Origin: Anaeramoeba ignava BMAN | Taxonomy: Eukaryota > Protista > Anaeramoebae | Assembly (NCBI GenBank): GCA_028826165.1 | Contig: JAPDFW010000071.1 | Location: forward strand, 381,698-445,697 | Length of the DNA stretch: 64,000 nt | Reading direction: 5' to 3' | Part shown: positions 12,201-25,705 of the stretch, in pieces | Numbering within the stretch: the first letter of the stretch is position 1 | Layout of the letters: every line of letters starts with the position of its first letter | The notes under the pieces: generated by a model | The model's database searches: none | Seen by the model: the letters and a program-made list of their open reading frames with translations, nothing else | What the model was told of the DNA's origin: nothing | Made by a program: the position numbers and the translations under genes

Positions 12201-13806
12201 TCATTTTCATCATCACTACTTGAACTAGTAGATAAACTAATTGAAAAAATTTTTTTAGTTTTTTGAATTTTTTATATTTTAATTTTTAAATAAAGAAATT
12301 ACTTTGAATTTGCTGTTACTCCTGCTGCTTTGGGTTGTTCTAAATCTCCAATATCCTCTGATTTCTTAACAATTTTAATTTTATCTCCCTCATTTAAACG
12401 AGTATCATAAAGAGATTCATTTTCGAAATTGATTTTAGTCCAAAATGACATATAAGACCATTTTTGCAAAAAAACTAATTTATAAAAAAAAAATAGAATT
12501 TTTAATGTTTGAATATTTTATATTTCAATCAACAGAATCATTCAGAAAAATAAAATACCATCATCTGGTTCAACTCCTATTTTTTCACAAATCTTTTTCT
12601 TCATATTTTCTATTCTTTCCATTTTACTAAATGTTTCTGTAAATTCTTTTTTTTGATCATTTTCTTTATAGATAAAGTTAAGCTCGATTGGATAAACTTC
12701 AACATATTCATATTTTGTAATTCCAACTGAAATAACATTTCGGGGAATTGGAGGACCACCACCATATCTAGAATATGAGAATATATTAATATTAATATTG
12801 ATTTTTAAATTAAATTTTAATTTTTAAATTTTATTTTTATTTATTTTAATTTTAATTTTAATTTTAAATTTAATTTTAATTTTAATTTTAATTTTAATTT
12901 TAATTTTAATTTTGATTTTGATTTTAATTTTAATTTTAATTTTAATTTTAATTTTAATTTTAATTTTAATTTTAATTTAATTTTAATTTGAATTTTTAAT
13001 TTTTAATTTTAATTTTAATTTTTAATTTTAATTTTTAATTTTAATTTTAATTTTAATTTTAATTTTAATTTTAATTTTAATTTTAATTTTAATTTTAATT
13101 TTAATTTTAATTTTAAATTTAATATTGATTTTAATTTTTAATTTTAATTTTAATTTTAATTTTAATTTTAATTTTAATTTTAATTTTATTTTAATTTTAA
13201 ATTTTAAATTTTAAATTTTAATATTAATTTTTAAATTCAAAATCTAAAAAAATTAAGCAAACAAATGTACATTTCAAAAAGAATATCCCAAATAGTTTGA
13301 TAAACTAAACTATAATCAAAACCCTCAGTTAAACGTTTTTTGAGGGTAATTTTATCTTGTTCAAGAAGATCAGAATTATCAATAGAACCAGGTTTTGGAT
13401 AAACAGTACCAGCAACGAATTCATCTGAATTCTTATAAAAGCTGTGAGCTTCCTTATATTTTGTATAATCTTTCCATTGATCAAACCAATTTTTACTAAT
13501 AAGATAATAAGTGTCTTTATTTTGCATTTTTGGATGTTTTTTTTCTGCTTCAATAACTTTTTTTAATTCTTCTTCTGGCTGTAAATTCTTTATATCCTCT
13601 TCTTCTTTCATTTCGTTCTTTTCTTCTTTCATTTCGTTCTTTTCTTCTTTCATCAAATTTTCTTCTTTCATTTCATTCTTTTCTTCTTTCATCGAATTTT
13701 CTTCTTTGTTCTCACTTTCTTCTTGTTTTTTGTTTTCTTCGTTGGTTTTTTGTTCTTCTTCCATCGTGTTTTGTTCTTCAGTTTCGTTTTTTTGTGGTGT
13801 TGACAT
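9256..13806 (-). CDS. Ubiquitin-specific protease, DUSP-UBL-USP (USP4/11/15-like); exons 13806-13271, 12767-12559, 12474-12303, 12236-12177, 12088-11848, 11540-11334, 10980-9256
   Basis: DUSP ([31 protein letters not shown]), Cys box [26 protein letters not shown], zinc ribbon CPDC/CPHC, His box [18 protein letters not shown]. Confidence 0.95.
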
Positions 13807-14242
13807 ATTCAATCTATTTTAAAAAAATTATTATTGTAAAAATAAAAATGAAAAAAAAAAATGAAAAATTAAAATTTATAAAAAAAATTTTTTTTTTGTT
13901 TTTTTTTTTATTTTTGTTTTGTTTTGTTGTTTTTCTAAAAATTTTAATAATTCAAAATGATCTTAATTTCTTCCTAATTTCTTTTTTCTTTTTTTCTTTT
14001 TTTCTTCTTTTTTTTTTGAAATTAAAAAATTAAAAGAAAAATAAGAAATCGGAAATTTTTTTTATTTAATTTTAATTATTAAAAAAAAAAAAGTGGATTG
14101 AAAATATTAATTAACATGAAAAGAAAGAAAAATAAAATAGCCACGTATTAACAAGAAAATAAAAGAAAAGAAAAGAAAATAAAATCGAAATTTTTTTTTC
14201 ATTTTTCTTTTCTTTTCTTTTCTTTAAAAATATAAATAAAAA

Positions 14243-16929
14243 ATGTTAACAGAAAAATATCAAAATGAAAAACGAAAATTATATTTAGTTAGTATTGAAA
14301 ATCTTCTTGCTTGGATTGTAAATAAAAAATAAATAAAATAAAAGAAAAAATTTTAAATAGAATTTTAATTACTTTTTTTTCTATTTATTTTGAAATAATG
14401 AATTTTTATTAAAGATAACTGGAATGACCTCAATTGCCTATGTTTCAGTTATTAATTCAATTTATGAAGAAGATCTTTCAAAAGCTTCTTTATTTTATGG
14501 AATTGTTGAAGCAATTTATTGTTTAGGTCAAGCTTTTGGCAATTGTTTTCTTGGTGTTTTTTCAGATAAATTTGGAAGAAAAAATACTTTTATTATTGTT
14601 CTTGCTGGTTTTGGTTTAGATTATTTGATTTGTTCTTATACTTCTTCTAAATTTTTAATTGGTTTGGCTAGATTTATTGATGGTTTGTGTGCTGCAAATC
14701 CTCAAACAGGTTCTAGTTATATTTCGGATATTTCTTCAATAGATAAATTTGCAAATGTGAATTATTTAAAATCAAAATCAAAATCAAAATCAAAATCAAA
14801 ATTAAAATTAAAATTAAAAATTAAAATTAAAATCAAAATTAAAATCAAAATTAAAATCTAAAATCAAAATCAAAATCAAAATCAAAATTAAAATTAAAAT
14901 TAAAATTAAAATTAAAATTAAAATCAAAATTCAAAATCAAAATCAAAATCAAAATCAAAATCAAAATCAAAATCAAAATCAAAATCAAAATCAAAATCAA
15001 AATCAAAATCAAAAATTAAAATCAAAATCAAAATCAAAATCAAAATTAAAATCAAAATCAAAATCAAAATCAAAATCAAAATCAAAATCAAAATCAAAAT
15101 CAAAATCAAAATCAAAATCAAAATCAAAAATTAAAATTAAAATTAAAATTAAAATCAAAATTAAAATTAAAATTAAAATTAAAATTAAAATCAAAATCAA
15201 AATCAAAATCAAAATCAAAATCAAAATCAAAAATTAAAATTAAAATCAAAATTAAAATTAAAATTAAAATTAAAATCAAAATTAAAATTAAAATTAAAAT
15301 TAAAATTAAAATTAAAAACCAAAATTAAAATTAAAATTAAAATTAAAATCAAAATCAAAATCAAAATTAAAATCAAAATTAAAATTAAAAATCAAAATCA
15401 AAATCAAAATCAAAATCAAAATCAAAATTAAAATTTAAATCAAAATTAAAATCAAAATCAAAATCAAAATCAAAATCAAAATCAAAATCAAAATCAAAAT
15501 CAAAATTAAAATCAAAATTAAAATCAAAATCAAAATTAAAATTAAAATTAAAATTAAAATCAAAAATCAAAATCAAAATTAAAATTAAAATTAAAAATTA
15601 AAATCAAAATCAAAATCAAAATCAAAATCAAAATCAAAATCAAAATTAAAATCAAAATCAAAAATTAAAATTAAAATTAAAATCAAAATCAAAATTAAAA
15701 TTAAAATCAAAAATCAAAATCAAAATCAAAATCAAAATCAAAATCAAATTAAAAATCAAAATCAAAATTAAAATTAAAATTAAAATTAAAATTAAAATTA
15801 AAATTAAAATTAAAATCAAAATTAAAATTAAAATTAAAATTAAAATTAAAAATCAAAATCAAAATTTAAATCAAAATTAAAATTAAAATTTAAATCAAAA
15901 TCAAAAATTAAAATCAAAATCAAAATTAAAATTAAAATTAAAATCAAAATTAAAATTAAAATCAAAATTAAAATCAAAATTAAAATTTAAATCAAAATTA
16001 AAATCAAAATCAAAATTAAAATCAAAATCAAAATTCAAAATTAAAATCAAAATCAAAATTAAAATTAAAATTAAAATCAAAATCAAAATCAAAATTAAAA
16101 TTAAAATCAAAATCAAAAATTATAGAATATGGGTATTTTTCATGCTTTTGGAGGAGGAGGAATTCTTATTGGATTTGGATTTGGATTCTTATTTACATCA
16201 ATAGGAATATCACCAAGAGGAATACTAAAAATATCATTTTTGATCATAATAATTGATCTAATTTTTGTGATTTTTTCACTACCAGAATCAAAAACAATGC
16301 TTGACACAGTAGAATTTGACTGGTCAAGAGCACATCCAATAGGAGCATTTCGATATTTCAAAGAAAGACCATTTCTGAAGAATTATTTATGGCTTCTTTT
16401 CTTAAATATTATGGCAGCTGGATGCACAATAGTTGTTTCACAATTCTATCTCAAATTGCGATTTAATTTATCAGGCTCAACAATTTACGCACTTCTTCTT
16501 TGGTGCGCAATTTGGCAAATTCTTGCAATGGGAGTTGCATTGAAAATTTTGATCCAAAAATACGGAAATAGAAAATCACTCATTTTGGGTTTTGTTGCCA
16601 CTTTTTCTGCCAATTTTGCTTTTATTGTTGCTTGGAATTTGTGGATCATTATTATCGGTACTTTGGGTGTTATTGGAATAATCGCTTTTACAATTATACA
16701 GTCATTTTTCAAAGATGAAACTCCTGAAAATGAACACGGTACTCTTTTTGGTTACTTGTCTTTTGCTTCAAATATAAGTCATATGATTACAAAGTATTTT
16801 TATTCTTATTCTTTTAGTTACTTTACTTCTGGAAAACTAAATTTACCTCAAATTCCTTATTTTTTTGCTTCTTTGTTCGCTCTTGTTGCAATTCGTTTTG
16901 CAATGAATTTGCCAGATGATAAAATTTAA
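14243..16929 (+). CDS. MFS transporter (DHA1/TetA/MFSD14-like); exons 14243-14317, 14415-14756, 16126-16929
   Basis: Motif A GVFSDKFGRK, ARFIDG, SYISDIS, LPES and multiple TM segments; phase-0 GT-AG introns. Confidence 0.92.
14757..16125. repeat. Intronic hexamer microsatellite (AAAATC/AAAATT)n, 1.37 kb
   Basis: Fills MFS intron 2 from GT to AG. Confidence 0.95.
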
Positions 16930-17358
16930 ACAGGCAAAAAAAAAAAAAAAGCAAAAAAAAAAAGGAAATCCAAAAAAAAAAAATTTTTTTTCCTCTTTTT
17001 TTATTTAATTCAAAAAACTAAATAAAATTAAATAAATAAAACAAATAAATAAAACAAATAAATATTAAACAATTAAAATTATTTAATTTTAAGATCAATT
17101 TTAAATTTAAAATTAAACTTTTCTAAATAAAAAAAAAAAACTAAAAACCGTTAAAAATAATAATAAAAATTTTAATTAAAAAAAATTTTTTTTTCCTTGT
17201 TGTATCAATAAAACTCATAAAAATAAATAAATAAAAACAAAAACACTTTCTATTTTAAGAAAAGAAAAAAAAATCTTCATTTTTGATTTTTTTTTTTTTT
17301 TAATTTTTATTTTAATTTTAAATTCAATTTTAATTTTAAATTCAATCATTTCATTTTC

Positions 17359-19617
17359 ATGGAAGGAGACAAAAAAAGAAAAATTGAAGAAGCACCTGCA
17401 CCAATGTAACTATTTTGATGACCCTATTCTTTTTCCGTTATTCTTCCTTTTGTCTTCTTTTTAACAACCCAAACAAATAAAATTTTTAAAACAAAAAAAA
17501 AAATCACAGAAACAAATTAAAATTTTTTCTAACGTTTTTAAATAATAAATAAAAGTTAATTAACTTTAATTTAAATACAAAAATAACAAATAAAAAACAA
17601 AATAATCTTGAAAACAAAAACAAACAAAAAAATCAAAAACAAATCCTTTTTTTGGATTTATTAAAATATTCCTAATTTCTCAAAAAGAGAAAAAAGAAGA
17701 CAGAAGTTAGAAGAAAAACGAATTTAAAAAGAAATGAAAAATTCAATTAACAAAAAAATTTAAATAAAAAATTTAAAATAAAAAAAATTAAATAAAAAAT
17801 TAAATAAAAAATTTAATAAAAAATTTAATAGAGTTGAACCACAATTAGAAGAAGATAAAAGAATTAAAGTTGCACCTCCATCACCTCCAAAGAAACCTCT
17901 TAATCCATACTTTCTTTTTTCCCAAGATGTTCGTGAGAAAATTAAACTTGATAATCCTGAACTTAAAGGTGGTGAAATTACTAAATTAATTGGCCAACAA
18001 TGGAGAGATCTTGATGAAGCTAAAAAAGAAGTATTTCTCTTTTATTATTCTTTTAATTTTTAATTTTTTGATCTTTTTTTGGAATTTATTTATAAAATTA
18101 AAATTAATTTATAAAATTCATTTATAAGATTAAAATTAAAATTAAAATTAATTTATAAAATTCATATTAAAATTAAAATTAAAATTAAAATTAAAATTAA
18201 AATTAAAATTAAAATTAAAATTAAAATTAAAATCAAAATTAAAATCAAAATCAAAATCAAAATTAAAATTAAAATCAAAATTAAGATTAAAATTAAAATT
18301 AAAATCAAAATTAAAATCAAAATCAAATATCAAAATTAAAATTAAAATCAAAATTAAGATTAAAATCAAAATTAAAATTAAAAATTAAAATTAAAAGTAA
18401 AATTAAAATTAAAATTAAAATTAAAATTAAAATCAAAAATTAAAATTAAAATTCATTTATAAAATTAAAATTAAAATTAAAATTTAAATTAAAATTAAAA
18501 TTAAAATTAAAATCAAAAATTAAAATTAAAAATTAAAATTAAAAATTAAAATTAAAATTAAAATTAAAATTAAAATTATAATTAAAATTAATTAAAATTA
18601 AAATTAAAATCAAAATTCATTTATAAAATCAAAATTAAAATTAAAATTAAAATTAAAATTAATTTATAAAATTCATATTAAAATTAATATTAAAATTAAA
18701 ATTAAAATTAAAATTAAAATTAAAATTAAGATTAAAATTAAAAATTAAGATTAAAATTAAAATTAAAATTAAAAAAATTAAATTTAAAATTAAAATTAAA
18801 ATTAAAATTAAAATTAAAATTAAAATTAAAATTAAAATTAAAATTAAAATTAAAATTCATTTATAAAATTAAAATCAAAATCAAAATTAAAATCAAAATC
18901 AAAATTAAAATTAAAATTAAAATTAAAATCAAAATTCATTTATAAAATTAAAATCAAAAATTAAAATTAAGATTAAAATTAAAAATTAAAATTAAAATTA
19001 AAATTAAAATTAAAATTAAAATCAAAATTAAGATTAAGATTAAAATTAAAATTAAAATCATTTATGAAATTAAAATCAAAATTAAAATTAAAATCAAAAT
19101 TAAAATTAAAATCAAAACCAAAATTAAAATTAAAATTAAAATCAAAATTAAAATTAAAATTCATTTATAAAATTAAAATTAAAATTAAAATTAAAATTAA
19201 AATTAAAATTAAAATTAAAATTAAAATTAAAATTAAAATTAAAATTAAAATTAAAATCAAAATTCATTTATAAAATTAAAATTAAAATTAAAATTCATTT
19301 ATAAAATTAAAATCAAAATTAAAATTCATTTATAAAATTAATATCAAAAACAGGAATATAAAGCAAAACACAAGCAATTAATGGAAAAATATAATGAAGA
19401 AATTAAAGAATATCAAGAGAAATATCCATTTCCAGTACAACCATCAGAAGAATCTGATATTTCTGAAAGTAGTGAACAAGAAGATGAAAGTGATGAAGAT
19501 TTTCAAGTAAAAGAAGAAGAAACAGATTCAGAAAAGGAAAAGGATGAGTATTATGAATATCTAGAAAATGATGAAGACGATGAAGATGATGCTACCGATG
19601 ATTCAGATTCAGATTAA
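17359..19617 (+). CDS. HMG-box protein with acidic tail; exons 17359-17405, (possible 18-nt exon 17688-17705), 17832-18030, 19354-19617
   Basis: PPKKPLNPYFLFSQDVREKIKLDNPELKGGEITKLIGQQWRDLDEAKKE|EYKAKHKQLMEKYNEEIKEY, then a D/E-rich C-terminus. Confidence 0.9.
18031..19353. repeat. Intronic (AAAATT)n microsatellite with recurring AAAATTCATTTAT variants
   Basis: Fills the intron that splits the HMG box. Confidence 0.93.
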
Positions 19618-19943
19618 ATTCCTTGTTTCCTTTATTCAAGAAAATGATTAATCCACTTTCCAAATTTTTCATTTTCATTCCATTTTTTTTTTTCATTTTG
19701 TTTTTCATCTTTTTTTCTCCTTTTTTTTTTCATTCCTCTTTTTTTTTTTTTCATTCATTGATTCTTTCTTTTCTTGTAAGGGAATTTTCCTTTCAAAAAC
19801 AAGAAAAAAAAAACTTATCATTTCAATTCAATTTTTTTTATTTTTTCTTTTATTTTTTTTAAAACCAAAAAATTTAAAAACAAAATTTAAATTTCATTTT
19901 TTTTTTCATTTTTTTTTTCATTTCTTTTCCTTCTTATTTACAA

Positions 19944-21923
19944 ATGGAAAATCAACCCAAAAGACAAAAAAATAATAAAAATAAAAATAAAAAAGAAAAT
20001 ATTTCATTAAATATTTTATCAAATGAAAATCCATCACAAGAATTAATTTCAAATTCAAGAAATTTAACAGAAAATCAAAAAATGAAAAATTCAAAAAAAA
20101 GGAAACAAGATTTAAAAAAAAATGAAAGTGAAAATGAAAGTGAAAATGAAAGTGGAAATGAAAATGAAAATGAAAGTGAAAATGAAAGTGAAAATGAAAG
20201 TGAAAGTGAAAATGAAAATGAAAACGAAAATCAATTTAAAAATCAAAATCAATATCAATTAAGAAGTCAATTAAGAAATCAATTTAGAAATCAATTTGAA
20301 AATCAAAATCAATTTAAAAATCAATATCAAAACCAATTAAGAAATCAATTTGAAAATCAATTTAAAAATAAATTTGAAAGTGAAAAAGAAAAAAAAGATA
20401 AAGAAAAAAAAGATGAAGATTTACAATTAGCTTTAAAATTACAAGCAGAATTTGATGAAGAAAATAAAATTTGGGAAAAAAATCAAAATTTAGCAAAAAA
20501 CGATGAACAATATGCACGCAATCTACAAGAAAAATATATAAGCGAAGTAAGAGAAATCTTGGAAGAAAGAGAAGAAGAACAAAATGGTGAAGATGATGAA
20601 GATGAAAATGCACATATTCAAGAATATGAAACTGAACCAGAAACAGAAACAGATTCAGAAACAGATTCAGAAACAATTTCAGAAGATGAATATGAAAGAG
20701 GAGAATATTTAGATGAAGAAAGAGATCAAGAATATATTCCTCCTGATGATTATCTTGATGATTCTGATTCAGATACAAATGTTGAAGCTTTTCCTACTCC
20801 TGTTTCTTATCATACAACTAGATTTATAACAAGAAATCATTCTTCTCATCATAATGATCATACAAATGACCATTATTCTCATTATTCTAAACCAAGAAAT
20901 TCTATTTCGAGATTGGTTCAACAATTACCAACAAGAGTTTTAAAGAAAGAAACATTAAATGAATCAGATTCAAAGTTAATATTCAATTTAAACATTTAAT
21001 TTAAATATTCAATTTAAATATTCAATTAAATATTAATCAATTTAAATATTTAATTTAAATATTAATCAATTTAAATAATTTAATATTCAATTTTAATATT
21101 CAATTTAAATATTCAATTTAAATATTCAATTTTAAATAATTTCAATATTCAATTTAAATAATATTCAATTTAAATATTCAATTTAAATAATAATTAAATA
21201 ATCAAATTAAATATTCAATTTAAATAATCAATTTAAATAATCAATTTAAATAATTAAATAATCAATTTAAATAATTAAATAATCAATTTAAATAATATTC
21301 AATTTAAATATTAATCAATTTAAATATTCAATTTAAATAATTTAATATTCAATTTAATATTCAATTTAAATAATTAAATAATCAATTTAAATAATTTAAT
21401 ATTCAATTTTAAATAATATTCAATTTAAATAATCAATTTAAATAATCAATTTAAATAATTAATTTAAATATTTATTATTGAATTTAAATATTTTATTTAA
21501 ATATTCAATTTAAATATTAATCAATTTAAATAATCAATTTAAATATTCAATTTAAATAATCAATTTAAATAATTAATTTAAATATTCAATAATCAATTTA
21601 AATATTCAATTTAAATATTCAATTTAAATATTCAATATTCAATTTAAATATTCAATTTAAATAATTTATTATTGATTTAAATATTTTATTTAAAAGATGT
21701 GTTATTTGCTTAGAAGATTACCAAGATAATGATGTCGTTAAAGTATTGCCTTGTTTCCATTTTTTTCATAAAGAGTAATTTTATTAAATTTTTTTTTCCG
21801 ATTTCCAATTTACTCATTTCTTTTCCTTTTTTTTTAATTAGTTGTATTGACCGATGGCTTTCAAATCATACACAATGTCCAGTTTGCAAAACATCTGTCA
21901 ATATACAAAACAAATATAAATAA
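19944..21923 (+). CDS. RING-H2 E3 ligase with MIU-like ubiquitin-binding helices; exons 19944-20974, 21697-21774, 21842-21923
   Basis: [34 protein letters not shown] after splicing; EDLQLALKLQAEF and DEQYARNLQE motifs. Confidence 0.9.
20975..21696. repeat. Intronic minisatellite (ATTCAATTTAAAT/AATCAATTTAAAT)n
   Basis: Tandem 13-16-bp units. Confidence 0.88.
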
Positions 21924-22103
21924 AATAAAGAAAACAAAATCTTGACTTATTTTTTCTTTTTATTTTTTATGTTATGACTAATTTTTATTATTTTATGAGT
22001 AATTTTGATTAAAAGAAAAAAATAAATTAAAAAAGTTTTTTTTTTCCGTTTTTCATTTTTCATTTTTCTTTTTTTCTATTTTTTTAATTTTATTAAATAT
22101 TTT

Positions 22104-23987
22104 ATGAGTGAAATTGGTTCGTTATTTTAATTAAAGTTTTTTCTTCAAATAATTTAAAATTTTAATTTAAAATTTTTAATTTAAAAAATTTTAATAATCC
22201 AGAAGAATATTCATCACCAAAAAATAACGACGACTTTAATGAAGATCTTTCATCAACAAATCAGAATGAAATGATTATTTTGGAAGAAATTAAACGGATG
22301 AAACAAAGTGTTTTTGACCTTGAAAAACGAGCATTTCAACAAAAACAAAAGCAAAACGAAAATGAAATTGAAAAAAAAGATGAAAAAAACACAAATTCAA
22401 CCGTTCAAAATCAAAAAATAGATTCAAACAATGAAGAACAAGATGAGGACGATCAAAAAAGTGATGAAAAATCAAATGAAGATGATTTTAAAGAAGACAA
22501 CGAATTGCAAAGTATTTTACAAGAAACAACATTAAATGATGTATTTAAATAAAAAAAAAGAAACAATTTTTTGAATAAAAAAAAGAGAAAAACTTAAATT
22601 GAAAAAAACCCAAAATCAATTATAAAAAAAAAAGCAAAAATTCCAAAAAGAAAAAAAAGAAAAAAAAGAAAATGTGGAACAAATTGAGATGAATAAAAAT
22701 GAAAGAAAAACGGAAGAAAAACAAAAAGAAAAAGATGATCCAAAAGAAGAAACATCACTGGAAGAAGATCAAGAAGAAACATTTGCAGCTAAAATTCGGG
22801 ATGGATTTATTCCACATTCAGGAGATGAATATGAAAAAAATGTGGAATCAAGAGGAGAACATTCAAGGAAACATCGAAGAAGTGAAACACGAGAAGATGA
22901 TGGTCCTTCAGAGATTTTTGTTGGAAATCTTTCGTATAATGCAACAAAAGAGCATTTAATCGAGAAATTCAAGGATATTGATACAATAGTGTAAATTAAA
23001 ATTTATTTATAAAATTAAAATTTGAATTAAAATTTAAATTAAAATCAAAATCAAAATTAAAATTAAATTAAAATTAAATTTAAAATCAAAATTAAAATCA
23101 AAATTAAAATTAAAATTAAAATCAAAATTAAAATCAAAATTAAAATCAAAATTAAAATTAAAATTCATTTAAAATTAAAATTAAAATTAAAATCAAAATC
23201 AAAATTAAAATTCATTTATAAATAAAATCAAAATTAAAATTAAAATCAAAATTAAAATTCATTTATAAAATTAAAATTAAAATTAAAATTAAAATTAAAA
23301 TTAAATTTAAATTTAAAATTCATTTATAAAATTAAAATCAAAATTAAAATTCATTTATAAAATTAAAATTCATTTATAAAATTAAAATTCATTTATAAAA
23401 TTAAAATTAAAATCAAAATTAAAATTAGTGATGCTCACATTATATTAGATCCACATAATGGAAGGTCTCGGGGATTTGGATTTGTGAAATTCGAGCAATC
23501 AAAATCAGCAGCAAAAGCCTGCAAGTTAAAAAGTAATGAAGTAATCCTTGGACGACCTATACGGATAAATCTAGCAAGTGAGAAAAGATACGATCATCCC
23601 AAAAGAGAAAATATTCGACAATTTTCATCAAAAGAAGAAAACTGGAGCCCACGACGCTCAGGAAACTCTACTCACTCACGAAACAAAGAACCCACAATTC
23701 GTCACAGCTCGAAAGGCTTGAGCGGTTTCTCTCCCTCTCTTCCCAATCTCTCACAAAATCCTTTAACATCTCCTACTATTCTTCCTTCTCTTTTTCCAAA
23801 TTCTTTTTTAAATCCAAAACAATTATTTCCTTTACAATCACAAATAAATCCTCAATCTCATTTGGAGTTAATTCAACATGCCCTTGGGTTGAAAAACTTA
23901 AACCCAAATGTCTCTTCTCTTGCTGCCTTAATGAGCCAATCTCAAAAAAGAAACTTCAATAATTTAAATAATAATCAATTTAAATAA
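22104..23987 (+). CDS. Single-RRM RNA-binding protein; exons 22104-22116, 22203-22540, 22635-22990, 23429-23987
   Basis: RNP2 IFVGNL and RNP1 RGFGFVKF joined across a phase-2 intron; acidic N-terminus, S/P/Q-rich C-terminus. Confidence 0.85.
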
Positions 23988-25265
23988 TAATCAATTTAAA
24001 TAATAATCAATTTAAATAATAATCAATTTAAATATTCAATTTAAATAATAATCAATTTAAATAATCATTTAAAAATAATCAATTTAAATAATATTCAATT
24101 TAAATAATCAATTTAAATATTATTCAATTTAAATATTCAATTTAAATATTATTCAATTTAAATATTCAATTTAAATATTCATCAATTTAAATAATAATCA
24201 ATTTAAATAATATTCAATTTAAATAATATTCAATTTAAATAATCAATTTAAATAATCTTCAATTTAAATAATCTTCAATTTAAATAATATTCAATTTAAA
24301 TAATAATCAATTTAAATAATATTCAATTTAAATAATAATCAATTTAAATATTCAATTTTAAATAATATTCAATTTAAATAATATTCAATTTAAATATTAT
24401 TCAATTTAAATATTCAATTTAAATAATCAATTTAAATATTCAATTTAAATAATAATCAATTTAAATATTCAATTTAAATAATAATCAATTTAAATAATAT
24501 TCAATTTTAAAAATATTAATAATTAAATTTAAATAATAATCAATTTAAATAATAATCAATTTAAATAATAATCAATTTAAATATTCAATTTAAATATTCA
24601 ATTTAAATATTCAATTTAAATATTCAATTTAAATAATAATCAATTTAAATATTCAATTTAAATAATATTATTCAATTTAAATAATATTCAATTTTAATAT
24701 TCAATTTAAATAATTTCCATTTAAATAATATTCAATTTAAATAATAATCAATTTAAATAATCAATTTAAACAATATTCAATTTAAATAATAATCAATTTA
24801 AATAATAATCAATTTAAATAATATTCAATTTAAATAATAATCAATTTAAATAATTTAATTTAAATAATATTCAATTTAAATAATAATCAATTTAAATAAT
24901 ATTCAATTTAAATATTCAATTTAAATAATCAATTTAAATAATATTCAATTTAAATAATCAATTTAAATAATCAATTTAAATATTCAATTTAAATAATATT
25001 CAATTTAAATAATCTTCAATTTAAATAATAATCAATTTAAATAATATTCAATTTAAATAATAATCAATTTAAATAATAATCAATTTAAATAATAATCAAT
25101 TTAAATAATAATCAATTTAAATAATATTTAATTTAAATATTCAATTTAAATAATATTCAATTTAAATAATCAATTTAAATAATATTCAATTTAAATAATA
25201 TTCAATTTAAATAATATTCAATTTAAATAATAATCAATTTAAATAATATTCAATTTAAATAATTT
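23960..25265. repeat. 13-16-bp minisatellite (AATAATCAATTTAA)n starting at the RRM stop codon
   Basis: Tandem units, same family as the RING intron repeat. Confidence 0.9.
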
Positions 25266-25705
25266 CCATTTTTTTAATTAAGGAAATCCACTTTTTTTTA
25301 TTCAATTCAATTTATCTCAATTTATCTCAATTTATCTGAATCTCAATTTTAAATTTAAATTGTTTTCTTTCTTTTAATTTGTTTGGATTTCTTCGAGATT
25401 CTTTTTAATTTCTCTTTTTCTCTTTTCCTTTTTCATAAAGTTTTTAAGTTTTATTTAAATTTTTGTTTTAAAATTGTTTTAAAATTGTTTTAAATTTTTG
25501 TTTAATTTTTTGTTTATTTTTTGAAAGGAAACATTAGTTCATTAAGAAAAAATGTAAATAATACTTTCAAAAAAAAAAAATACTTAAAGAAGCTTAAAAA
25601 AAAAAACTTGAGATTCTGCAAAAATACAAAAAAAAAAAATTATTAAAAATCAAATCAAAAAAAAAAAAGTAAAATGAAAATTTTTTTTTCAATTAAATTA
25701 ATCAA

